24,000 nucleotides of DNA, from the NCBI GenBank assembly GCA_963976875.1, contig CAXBML010000003.1, positions 165,726 through 189,725 of the forward strand. The letters are read 5' to 3'. The position numbers and the translations under genes were made by a program. This document shows, piece by piece, positions 6,926 to 13,895 of the stretch. A model generated the notes under the pieces. The model saw only the letters and a program-made list of their open reading frames with translations. It was not told where the DNA came from and made no database searches. The stretch's first letter is position 1; each line of letters starts with the position of its first letter. This DNA is from an uncultured Coxiellaceae bacterium (GTDB taxonomy: Bacteria > Pseudomonadota > Gammaproteobacteria > Berkiellales > Berkiellaceae).

Positions 6926-8257
6926 ATGTCCATTTATGGGGCTGATTTGCAAGAGGCCAAAAAGCCATTTTCAACTGAGCAAATTAATCATTTTTTGCGT
7001 TTTTGTATTCAATATGCAGACTTTACTCAGGAAGGGCTACTGCGTAAGGATGGTCCTGACACGTTAATTCAGCATTGGCACGATAACGTGTTGCCTCTAC
7101 TAGCTCAAAAAGATGTCACGATGGAGTATTTGGCAGAAAAATTTTTAAAGGTGGAAGCTGACGTTGCTTCTGCTGATTTAATAAGCTCAGCATCCTCTTC
7201 TAGAAGTGCCGCAAGCTCAGGGAAAAACGATAATACAATCCACCGCACACTCTTACAAGTATTTAAGCAGTTAACGTCAAGGCATACTCTGTTTTTAGAA
7301 AATGAAAGTGGCCAAATATTACAAAGACACTTTCTGAGACAGTTACAAAATTATTTTTGGCCAATGTTGTTGTATATGGATGAAAAATTTTCAGATACAG
7401 AATGTGTGCGTGAAAAAAAAGATGAATATTACAATATAAATGCAATAGAGCTATTTAAAGAAAGTATCGCTTTTTTATTATGCACTGGGCACATTGACTT
7501 AGCCGAGACCTTTCATAATATATTATATATTGGGTATTTGTGTCATTGCGGCAATAAAATTGCTAATACACCATTTGTGGTGGGTAAACTGATAGCCCCT
7601 TCTTTGCTTTTTAAGTCGTTTGATATAGCTGGTAAAATACTACCTGACGAGAATTTTTGGGGTAAAAAAGAAGTGACTGTGTGTGCGGAAATGATCTCAG
7701 CTGCAATCACATCAACGTGGTTTCAAGTGCCATTTTCCGAGCAAAAATTTGCATATAGATCAGATATGACACTAGAGAGTTTAACTGAGAGTGGAATCTC
7801 TTTAGAGCGAGTGGCTCACTCAAGGGCGAAGCGCCGTTGTTCAGATGCCCAAGAGCAAGTTGTCCGGGTAGAAAATCCACTATATGCTCGAAACAGTAGT
7901 GCGCACGGTAGCCTTATTTCAAAAATGCGCGCTTTAGATTTAGACAAAGTGACAGTAAGTGCTGAACTTAAGCTTAAAGGTACGCACTCTCCAACGCCGA
8001 GTGTCTCTAGCAGCGCATCAGATTCCGAGCCTGAATATACTGGTGTTGGAATAGGTTGTGCCTCCGATTCAAAGTCTCTCTATGTGCCTGTATTGCCACT
8101 AGAACTTTTAGGCGAGATGCCGTTACCATCTCCAATCTTAAGACTGAGAAATGTTCAAGGGGAGGGGAAAGGTTCGGATTCTGACATTGACTCAAAATCC
8201 GATGAGATTTATAAAGATAAAAAGGAGAAAAAAGTCCGCTTTTGGCGTAAAAAATAA
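6926..8257 (+). CDS. Hypothetical effector-like protein with weak RhoGAP-like motifs, Ser-rich linkers and a polybasic C-terminus
   Basis: 443-aa ORF with a good RBS and promoter. FTQEGLLRKDG resembles the RhoGAP arginine-finger motif EGIFRxSG. NTIHRTLLQVFKQL resembles d.h.va.lLK.fL, and ANTPFVVGKLIAPSLL resembles N..NLa.vfgPtLl. Ser-rich tracts are SSASSSRSAASSG and SPTPSVSSSASDS. The protein ends KKEKKVRFWRKK. Confidence 0.55.
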   Translation: MSIYGADLQEAKKPFSTEQINHFLRFCIQYADFTQEGLLRKDGPDTLIQHWHDNVLPLLAQKDVTMEYLAEKFLKVEADVASADLISSASSSRSAASSGKNDNTIHRTLLQVFKQLTSRHTLFLENESGQILQRHFLRQLQNYFWPMLLYMDEKFSDTECVREKKDEYYNINAIELFKESIAFLLCTGHIDLAETFHNILYIGYLCHCGNKIANTPFVVGKLIAPSLLFKSFDIAGKILPDENFWGKKEVTVCAEMISAAITSTWFQVPFSEQKFAYRSDMTLESLTESGISLERVAHSRAKRRCSDAQEQVVRVENPLYARNSSAHGSLISKMRALDLDKVTVSAELKLKGTHSPTPSVSSSASDSEPEYTGVGIGCASDSKSLYVPVLPLELLGEMPLPSPILRLRNVQGEGKGSDSDIDSKSDEIYKDKKEKKVRFWRKK

Positions 8258-8318
8258 AAGATAGTTATGTAATATTCATCAGAGCGGTATTTTTATTAAA
8301 CTGGAATACTAGAGATAG

Positions 8319-8355
8319 ACCGCAGTTGCATTTCTTACAGGTGACAAACTGCGGT
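8319..8355. terminator. Hairpin between convergent genes (weak bidirectional terminator candidate)
   Basis: ACCGCAGTT (8319-8327) and AACTGCGGT (8347-8355) form a perfect 9-bp stem with a 19-nt loop. There is no clear T run on either strand. Confidence 0.3.
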
Positions 8356-8402
8356 GCGTAGGTTGTATATGGTGCTGAGAGTGATTAATTCGCCCAAAAT
8401 GC

Positions 8403-9536
8403 TTACGATTGTTTTATCACATGATTTACTTGCTCGATAATAAAGTGTACTTGTTCATCGCTCAAATAAGGGTGCATAGGTAAGCTAATCACTTCGTGGC
8501 TGAGCTTCTCAGAGATGGTTAATTTTTCTTGTGCTCGGGGGAATGCCTCATAAGCAGGCTGTAAGTGCATAGGGGTACGATAATACACGCCATAGGGGAC
8601 TTGTTTGTCTTTCAAATGCGCTTCAAGCAAATCGCGTTGTTTGGGCTGGCACACAATAGTGTATAGTGCCCATGCAGATTGGTAGCCTTTAGGGACGACG
8701 GGTGTTTTGACTGAGCCGTGTAAACCTTCTTGATATAAACTCGCAATATGTTGGCGTTTTTTCCATTCGTCATCGAAAATTTTAAGTTTTTCAATTAGAA
8801 CTGCAGCTTGCATTGAATCTAAGCGGCTATTAAGGCCTATATATTGATAATCATATCGGAAACCACAAGCGCCATGGACCCTTAATGCTTTTAGACGTTC
8901 GGCTATTTCTAAATCTTGTGTCATGATGCCGCCACCGTCACCATAGCATCCTAATGGTTTGGCAGGGAAAAAGCTGGTTGCGGTCATACTGGCTAATGTG
9001 CCAACTTTAGCGTCATTAATTTTACCACCAAAGCTTTGGGCACTATCGGCGATGAGCAACATATTATGTGCGTCTGCTAATTCCTGAAGTGCTGGGTAAT
9101 TTGCAGGTAGACCAAATAAATCAACCGCCATAATGCATTTGGGTTTGAGGCCAAGCTTTTTACTGTGTTGAACAGCTTGCTCCAAGCTGATTAAGTCAAT
9201 ATTAAAAGTCTCGGGACAGATGTCGACGAAAAAGGGGGTTGCCTGTGTATAGGGAACAACTTCGGCAGTCGCCGCAAAGGTAAACGTCGGTACAAATACA
9301 GCATCGCCCTTGCCGACATTATTGGCAAGTAAAAGCAGCTTTAAAGCATCAGTACCATTGGCACAGCTGACAACGGCTTTGGCTTCAGTGTATTCTTTTA
9401 ATGCTGTTTCAAAGGCTTGGACCTCTGGGCCTAAAATATATTGCCCGTGCTCTAGTACTTTTTGTAGTGCTAGGTTGATGTTGTCTGCAATAGGCTTTTG
9501 TTGGCTTTTAAGGTCAATGAATTGAATTTTATCCAT
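8403..9536 (-). CDS. DegT/DnrJ/EryC1/StrS-family PLP-dependent sugar-nucleotide aminotransferase (WbpE-like)
   Basis: AAGGTG lies 7 nt upstream of the ATG. The N-terminal YILGPEVQAFE and the PLP-lysine context SFFPAKPLGCYGDGGG are characteristic of this family. Length is 377 aa. Confidence 0.9.
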   Translation of the reverse strand: MDKIQFIDLKSQQKPIADNINLALQKVLEHGQYILGPEVQAFETALKEYTEAKAVVSCANGTDALKLLLLANNVGKGDAVFVPTFTFAATAEVVPYTQATPFFVDICPETFNIDLISLEQAVQHSKKLGLKPKCIMAVDLFGLPANYPALQELADAHNMLLIADSAQSFGGKINDAKVGTLASMTATSFFPAKPLGCYGDGGGIMTQDLEIAERLKALRVHGACGFRYDYQYIGLNSRLDSMQAAVLIEKLKIFDDEWKKRQHIASLYQEGLHGSVKTPVVPKGYQSAWALYTIVCQPKQRDLLEAHLKDKQVPYGVYYRTPMHLQPAYEAFPRAQEKLTISEKLSHEVISLPMHPYLSDEQVHFIIEQVNHVIKQS

Positions 9537-9590
9537 GGGGTTACACCTTATTTTACTTAACTACTGTAAGATTGTCTCACGCTATAGGCT

Positions 9591-10706
9591 TTAATCTATT
9601 GGGGCTGCCGATTTTGCAAAAGGGTGCTCCAACCCTTCCAATGCTTTGTTGACGTGCTCACGAATACTATCGTGGAGTTTGTCATTTTGATCGTGTGTTG
9701 GTGGCTCAGGTGCCAATTTCACCGTTTGGTGAGTCTCTATAGACTGAATGGCAGCATTTAAGATACGCATAACCTGGAGTCCTTCGTAGGCATCCGTAAT
9801 GGGCGTTTTATGCTTAGCAATACAATCCACAAAGTGTTGGCATTCGTTTAACAAAGGCTCTTGAGGGGACAAAGCAATAGTCTGTGGCTTTGGATCGCAA
9901 GGTTGTGGTTGACCGTCTATCCATTCTACGGGATAAGGGTATAGCTTAAGTTTTTCTGACCAATCAGCACAATCGTCAAAAATGGCCATCGCCTTTTCAC
10001 CCACAACCACTAACTTTTGTTCTTTGAAAGGATGTAGCCAGGAAACAAATATATGTGCCTGTACACCACTTGGAAAATTTAAATGGGTGCTGGTAATATC
10101 GGCAACCGTATGTTCCAAGAAATTTGAGCCCATGGCGGAAACATGCTCGGGCATTTCTTTGGTCAAAGATAAAATCATAGAAACGTCATGTGGGGCATAA
10201 TCCCACCAGATATTTTCTTCGGTTCTAAATTTGCCCAGGTTAAGCCTATTGGAACAGATGTATTGTAGCTTGCCTAAGGTGCCGTTATTATTTAGTTGCT
10301 TTAGGGCATTAAAAGCCAGATGGTACTGGAGTAGATGTCCAACCATTAAAATGCAGTCATTTTCCTTTGCTAACTTATAAAGTTCGCATGCATTATCTAT
10401 TGCGAGTGCAAGTGGTTTTTCAACGAAGGTATTTTTGCCGGCAATAAGACAGCGTCGAGTATATTCATAATGTGTAGCAGAAGGCGAAGCAACTAACACA
10501 CCACTGATAGTTTGGTCTTTAATTATTTCATCAAAGCTTAAATGTGGTACTTCAAATGTTTGGCTAAACTCTTTTGCGCGTTCTATGGACTTGTCACAGA
10601 TTGAGTGCAAGTTGCCCATTTTATGCAAAACGCGGATAAGGTTTTTGCCCCAGTTACCACAGCCAACAACTGCTATTTTGATATCTTTATTTGATTCAGC
10701 CAACAA
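9591..10706 (-). CDS. Gfo/Idh/MocA-family NAD(P)-dependent oxidoreductase (sugar-nucleotide dehydrogenase, WbpB-like)
   Basis: The N-terminal Rossmann motif is KIAVVGCGNWGKN and the family EKP motif is FVEKPLA. The gene is co-oriented with, and 55 nt upstream of, the aminotransferase gene. Only TTG starts are available (10706 or 10703). Confidence 0.85.
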   Translation of the reverse strand: MLAESNKDIKIAVVGCGNWGKNLIRVLHKMGNLHSICDKSIERAKEFSQTFEVPHLSFDEIIKDQTISGVLVASPSATHYEYTRRCLIAGKNTFVEKPLALAIDNACELYKLAKENDCILMVGHLLQYHLAFNALKQLNNNGTLGKLQYICSNRLNLGKFRTEENIWWDYAPHDVSMILSLTKEMPEHVSAMGSNFLEHTVADITSTHLNFPSGVQAHIFVSWLHPFKEQKLVVVGEKAMAIFDDCADWSEKLKLYPYPVEWIDGQPQPCDPKPQTIALSPQEPLLNECQHFVDCIAKHKTPITDAYEGLQVMRILNAAIQSIETHQTVKLAPEPPTHDQNDKLHDSIREHVNKALEGLEHPFAKSAAPID

Positions 10707-11040
10707 AATTAAACCTTATTTAAACTGCTTTTTCTTCTTAAAAATACACCATGAGAAAAGCTCTGAGCTTAGAGATGCATGTATATAAGAGAGTATTTTA
10801 TATGAGAGTTATACAAGAAGTCTGAATTCTAGCAAATTTAGACCTACTAACTCAAATTTATTCGAGCGTTATTTACGGTAGATGATACGTTTAATTGCAA
10901 TAAAATCCTACCAAACGCAAAAAAAAAATGGCATTACAGGCAGTTGTTCAACTAATTGTGAAAAGGTGAGACGTGCCCTCTCAAACACAGAGCTCAAGAG
11001 GGGGCATTGAATATTGAAGCTTAAAACACGGCTGGGTGGA

Positions 11041-11289
11041 TTAGAAACAACCCCATTCGTCACAGATAACCACATCATAGTAACCATAATCATAGTAACC
11101 ATAATCATAGTAACCATAATAACCACCACCATAGTATGGATATGGATCATAAACAACGGGGGCATAGTAATAAGGTGATGATAACGCGCCTAGCAAAGCG
11201 GCTGTTGTTACGATCGCCGTGGTTGCCGCAAGAACTTCAACTGAGCCACCTGAAACGGCTTTTGCTTCTAGCATGGATAATGATTTCAT
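11041..11289 (-). CDS. Double-glycine-leader peptide precursor with Tyr/Gly-rich core (candidate bacteriocin/RiPP-like peptide)
   Basis: AGGA lies 6 nt upstream of the ATG. The leader MKSLSMLEAKAVSGG fits LSxxELxxIxGG (L-12, S-11, E-8, V-4, GG). The core has a hydrophobic A/T/L segment, then 17 Tyr in a 34-aa stretch (PYYYAPVVYDPYPYYGGGYYGYYDYGYYDYGYYD), and ends ICDEWGCF. Confidence 0.6.
   Translation of the reverse strand: MKSLSMLEAKAVSGGSVEVLAATTAIVTTAALLGALSSPYYYAPVVYDPYPYYGGGYYGYYDYGYYDYGYYDVVICDEWGCF
11076..11120. repeat. Three perfect tandem copies of a 15-bp unit inside the peptide gene
   Basis: CATAGTAACCATAAT occurs at 11076-11090, 11091-11105 and 11106-11120. On the coding (minus) strand this reads GAT TAT GGT TAC TAT, giving DYGYY x3. 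Confidence 0.9.
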
Positions 11290-11440
11290 TATAAATCCTA
11301 ATTTTTTTGGTTACTTCAAGAATGAGTACAATAACAAAAAGTCGAATGAGCTCAAATACAAATGCCGTCTAAACCGACAGACGGGAGGTGCTAATGGACA
11401 AAGGGGACTCATAAAGAGATAGTCGGCTTTGTAACTTGAT

Positions 11441-11958
11441 GCTCTGTTGCCCATTTATCTTGGCTGTCCCGAATTATCTTGGCTGTCCCGAATTATCTTG
11501 GCTGCCCCGAATTATTTTGGCTGTCCCGATTATTTTGGCTATCCGGAATTATCTTGGCTGTCCCAATTATCTTTGGCTGTCCCAATTATCTTTGGCTGTC
11601 CCAATTATCTTTGGCTGTCCCAATTATCTTGGCTGTCCCAATTATCTTGGCTGTCCCGAATTATCTTGGCTGTCCCGAATTATCTTGGCTGTCCCGAATT
11701 ACCTTGGCTGTCCCGATTATCTTGGCTGTCCCGATTATCTTGGCTGTCCCGAATTATCTTGGCTGCCCCATTTATCTTGGCTGTCCCGAATTATCTTGGC
11801 TGTCCCGAATTATCTTGGGTGTCCCGAATTATCTTGGCTGTCCCGATCATCTTGGCTGTCCTAATTATCTGGTTGTTCCAATTATCTTCTAACTTAATTA
11901 TATTTTTTCAATTATCTTTGAGAGTCCTGGATTATCTTAGCTGTTCCCATTATTTTTA
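11441..11958. repeat. Tandem array of ~23 direct 18-19 bp repeats (consensus TTGGCTGTCCCGAATTATC) with degenerate copies at both edges
   Basis: Units were delimited by hand from 11460 to 11886, for example 11460-11478, 11479-11497 and 11498-11516. Three unit variants occur: ..CCCGAATTATC (19 bp), ..CCCGATTATC (18 bp) and ..CCCAATTATC(T) (18-19 bp). The variants sit in local blocks. Degenerate copies lie at 11441-11459 and 11887-11958. There are no spacers. Confidence 0.95.
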
Positions 11959-12200
11959 TGCCAATTTAAAAAACCAACAAGAAAAACATACTGTGTTTTA
12001 TTACTCATAAAGAAAAATATAAATTATAAAACGAGATAAATATGGCTAATTGTGTCTAAATAATGATTTGAGAGAGACCCAAACTAATTTATTTCTATTT
12101 TTTACGACTATTTTGCAACAAATTATTGATTTTATTTCGTTCCAATGCGTTAATAACTGTGGTATTGTTTTTTTTGGTATGAACCCGGAGGAAAATTTTC

Positions 12201-12740
12201 ATGGCACCAAAGAAGAAAAAGGCAACGAAAGCTCGAAAGGCTACTGCAACGAAGAAGAAAACCACTGCAAAACGCAAAGCACCTGCTCGCAAGAAAGTGG
12301 CTAAAACTAAAGCAAAAACCAAGAAAAAAGTAACACGCAAGAAAACTGCGACCAAAGTTGCTTCAAGAGCTAAAAAAACAACAGCGACTAAGAAAGCGGT
12401 TGCTAATGTTGTTAAGTTGCCAACTTCAGTTGTTTCTCAGAAACAAACTAAAGCACAAATTTTCACTGAAATCTCAGAAAATACAGGCGTATCTAAAGCC
12501 GATGTTAAAAATGTATTTGCAGCATTGAGAAACTTAGTAGAGCGTCACTTGAAAACTCGTGGTTCAGGACAGTTCATTGTTCCTGAATTGGGTCTAAAAG
12601 TTCGTCGCGTTGCCAAAAAAGCAACTAAAGCTAGAAAAGGCAGAAACCCTTTCACTGGCGAAGAAATCATGATCTCAGCGAAGCCAGCTCGCAAAGCTGT
12701 TAGAGCGACTGTACTCAAGAACCTAAAAGAAGTTGTATAG
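12201..12740 (+). CDS. HU/IHF-fold DNA-binding protein with histone-H1-like Lys/Ala/Thr-rich N-terminal extension
   Basis: GGAGG lies 9 nt upstream of the ATG. The first ~70 aa are K/A/T-rich (MAPKKKKATKARKATATKKKTTAKRKAPARKK...). The C-terminal ~95 aa carry HU signatures, namely KAQIFTEISENTGVSKADVKNVFAAL and the arm GRNPFTGEEIMISAKPARKAV. Confidence 0.85.
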   Translation: MAPKKKKATKARKATATKKKTTAKRKAPARKKVAKTKAKTKKKVTRKKTATKVASRAKKTTATKKAVANVVKLPTSVVSQKQTKAQIFTEISENTGVSKADVKNVFAALRNLVERHLKTRGSGQFIVPELGLKVRRVAKKATKARKGRNPFTGEEIMISAKPARKAVRATVLKNLKEVV

Positions 12741-12752
12741 CTTCTAATTGTT

Positions 12753-12786
12753 AGCGTCTATTGTGCTTGTATAGGCAATAGGCGCT
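12753..12786 (+). terminator. Hairpin downstream of the HU-like gene (weak terminator candidate)
   Basis: AGCGTCTATTG (12753-12763) pairs with CAATAGGCGCT (12776-12786). This gives 11 bp including one G-U pair, with a 12-nt loop. No T run follows. Confidence 0.3.
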
Positions 12787-12822
12787 ATAATTACCCATTC
12801 CTTCAAAATTTGTTGATCCCGT

Positions 12823-13743
12823 ATGCCCCTGCATCCAACTGTCAAATTAATTATTGATAAGACCTATCGATCGGATTTTGGAAATTTGCATAAAAAGCCT
12901 ATTTCTGAGGTTAGAAATGCTTTTAAAAAAGGGACTAGCACGCCTCATCGCGTCATTGATAATAAGTTTCTTGAAGTTATTACTTTGAGTAGCGGGGCAA
13001 GTATCAGACTTCATACACCCAAAAGTATCAAAAATGATGGTTTGCTTTTTTATATTAAGGCTTGTGGTTATTCATTTGGTCACAATACGGACTCAGATTT
13101 AGGCTGTCAGAGATTGGCAAACCATTTAAACTGTAAAGTCGCGGCAATAGAGCACCGGTTAGCTCCAGAGTTTAAGTTTCCTTTGCCCTTTGAGGATTGT
13201 ATTAATGCGGTAGAGTATTTATACCATTATCATGAAAAGTATAATATAAATCCAGATAAATTTATCAGTTGGGGTGAAAGTAGTGGGGCTAATATATCAG
13301 CTGGGCTGGGGCATTATTTTCGAGATCTAGGACAACAAAAACTAAAAACTCAGGTCTTATTTTATCCGCCATTAGACTACTCGCGATCTTATGACTCAAA
13401 TTTTAAGTATGGGCATAAATTTTTAACTGAAATCTCAATCAGCGATTATTTCATTCGTCAGTATGTTGAAAATGAGTCTGATTTAGCCCATAAATATATT
13501 TCGCCAATGCTCAGTACTAATTTTTGCGGTTTACCACATATTGTGTTGTTGAGTGCCCAATATGATTTATTTTCAGATGAACATGCGAAATATGCAGAGA
13601 AAATAGCCCAAGCAGGAGGCTCGGTTGATATTCTATACGCAACTGGCTTAGTGCATGGTTTTTTGTGGCATCAAAAATATATTCAAGAGGTGTCATATTA
13701 CGTTCGTTATGCGCTTGAAAAAGTTCAGGAAGCTTTAAAATAA
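12823..13743 (+). CDS. Alpha/beta hydrolase (esterase/lipase, hormone-sensitive-lipase-like fold-3 family)
   Basis: The nucleophile elbow is GESSG (WGESSGANISAG). The acid context is SAQYDLFSDE and the His context is TGLVHGF. The usual HGGG oxyanion motif is divergent (YIKACGYSFG). Confidence 0.8.
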   Translation: MPLHPTVKLIIDKTYRSDFGNLHKKPISEVRNAFKKGTSTPHRVIDNKFLEVITLSSGASIRLHTPKSIKNDGLLFYIKACGYSFGHNTDSDLGCQRLANHLNCKVAAIEHRLAPEFKFPLPFEDCINAVEYLYHYHEKYNINPDKFISWGESSGANISAGLGHYFRDLGQQKLKTQVLFYPPLDYSRSYDSNFKYGHKFLTEISISDYFIRQYVENESDLAHKYISPMLSTNFCGLPHIVLLSAQYDLFSDEHAKYAEKIAQAGGSVDILYATGLVHGFLWHQKYIQEVSYYVRYALEKVQEALK

Positions 13744-13895
13744 GATTTTTTGTTATTGAATTTAGTATAACGTTTGGCGCTTTTTTTAGCGTATTGTCAT
13801 TACTTGCCGCCAGGCAGATATAATGCCGTTGCAGGCTTCATTGATATGAACAAATCTGCTGAGCATCTCCCCGAGCACTATAAAGACTGACTAAA

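Noticed and set aside
10919-10928. A10 homopolymer (also T10 at 18600-18609) as possible phase-variation tracts
   Set aside because: Both are intergenic and not within a reading frame or at an obvious -35/-10 spacer. Homopolymer runs of this size are expected in AT-rich intergenic DNA, so I have no evidence for a switch.
10975-11005. Hairpin GCCCTCT ... AGAGGGGGC downstream of the peptide gene as a terminator
   Set aside because: The stem has only 6-7 bp with a bulge and a 15-nt loop. The nearest T run on the minus strand is ~10 nt away and short. This is too weak to call as a feature, so it is mentioned only as context.
10908-11165. 85-aa minus-strand ORF (…MVVVIMVTMIMVTMIMVTMMW…) overlapping the peptide gene
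   Set aside because: It is an alternative reading frame of the 15-bp DYGYY repeat. It has no RBS. The overlapping frame with the GG leader and an AGGA RBS is far more convincing.
11219-11422. 67-aa + strand ORF antisense to the 5' end of the peptide gene
   Set aside because: It has a GTG start, no RBS and no recognisable features. It overlaps the better-supported peptide gene and its upstream region.
11441-11958. CRISPR array interpretation of the repeat region
   Set aside because: The repeats abut each other with no unique spacers. The units are shorter than CRISPR repeats and not palindromic. No cas genes or leader are present in the window.
11436-12010. Three long overlapping + strand ORFs (11436..11864, 11447..12010, 11479..11892) encoding LGCPELSW/LAVPNY-type repeats
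   Set aside because: They exist only because the 18-19 bp repeat unit contains no stop triplet in any + frame. Unit length alternates between 18 and 19 bp, so each frame is scrambled from unit to unit. All three frames cannot be coding at once, and there is no RBS and only weak starts. They are artefacts of the tandem array.
12050-12355. ORFs 12050..12304 (+) and 12095..12355 (-) overlapping the start of the HU-like gene
   Set aside because: They are off-frame or antisense readings of the Lys-rich (AAR-rich) coding region and the AT-rich leader. The 12201 frame has a GGAGG RBS and a complete HU domain.
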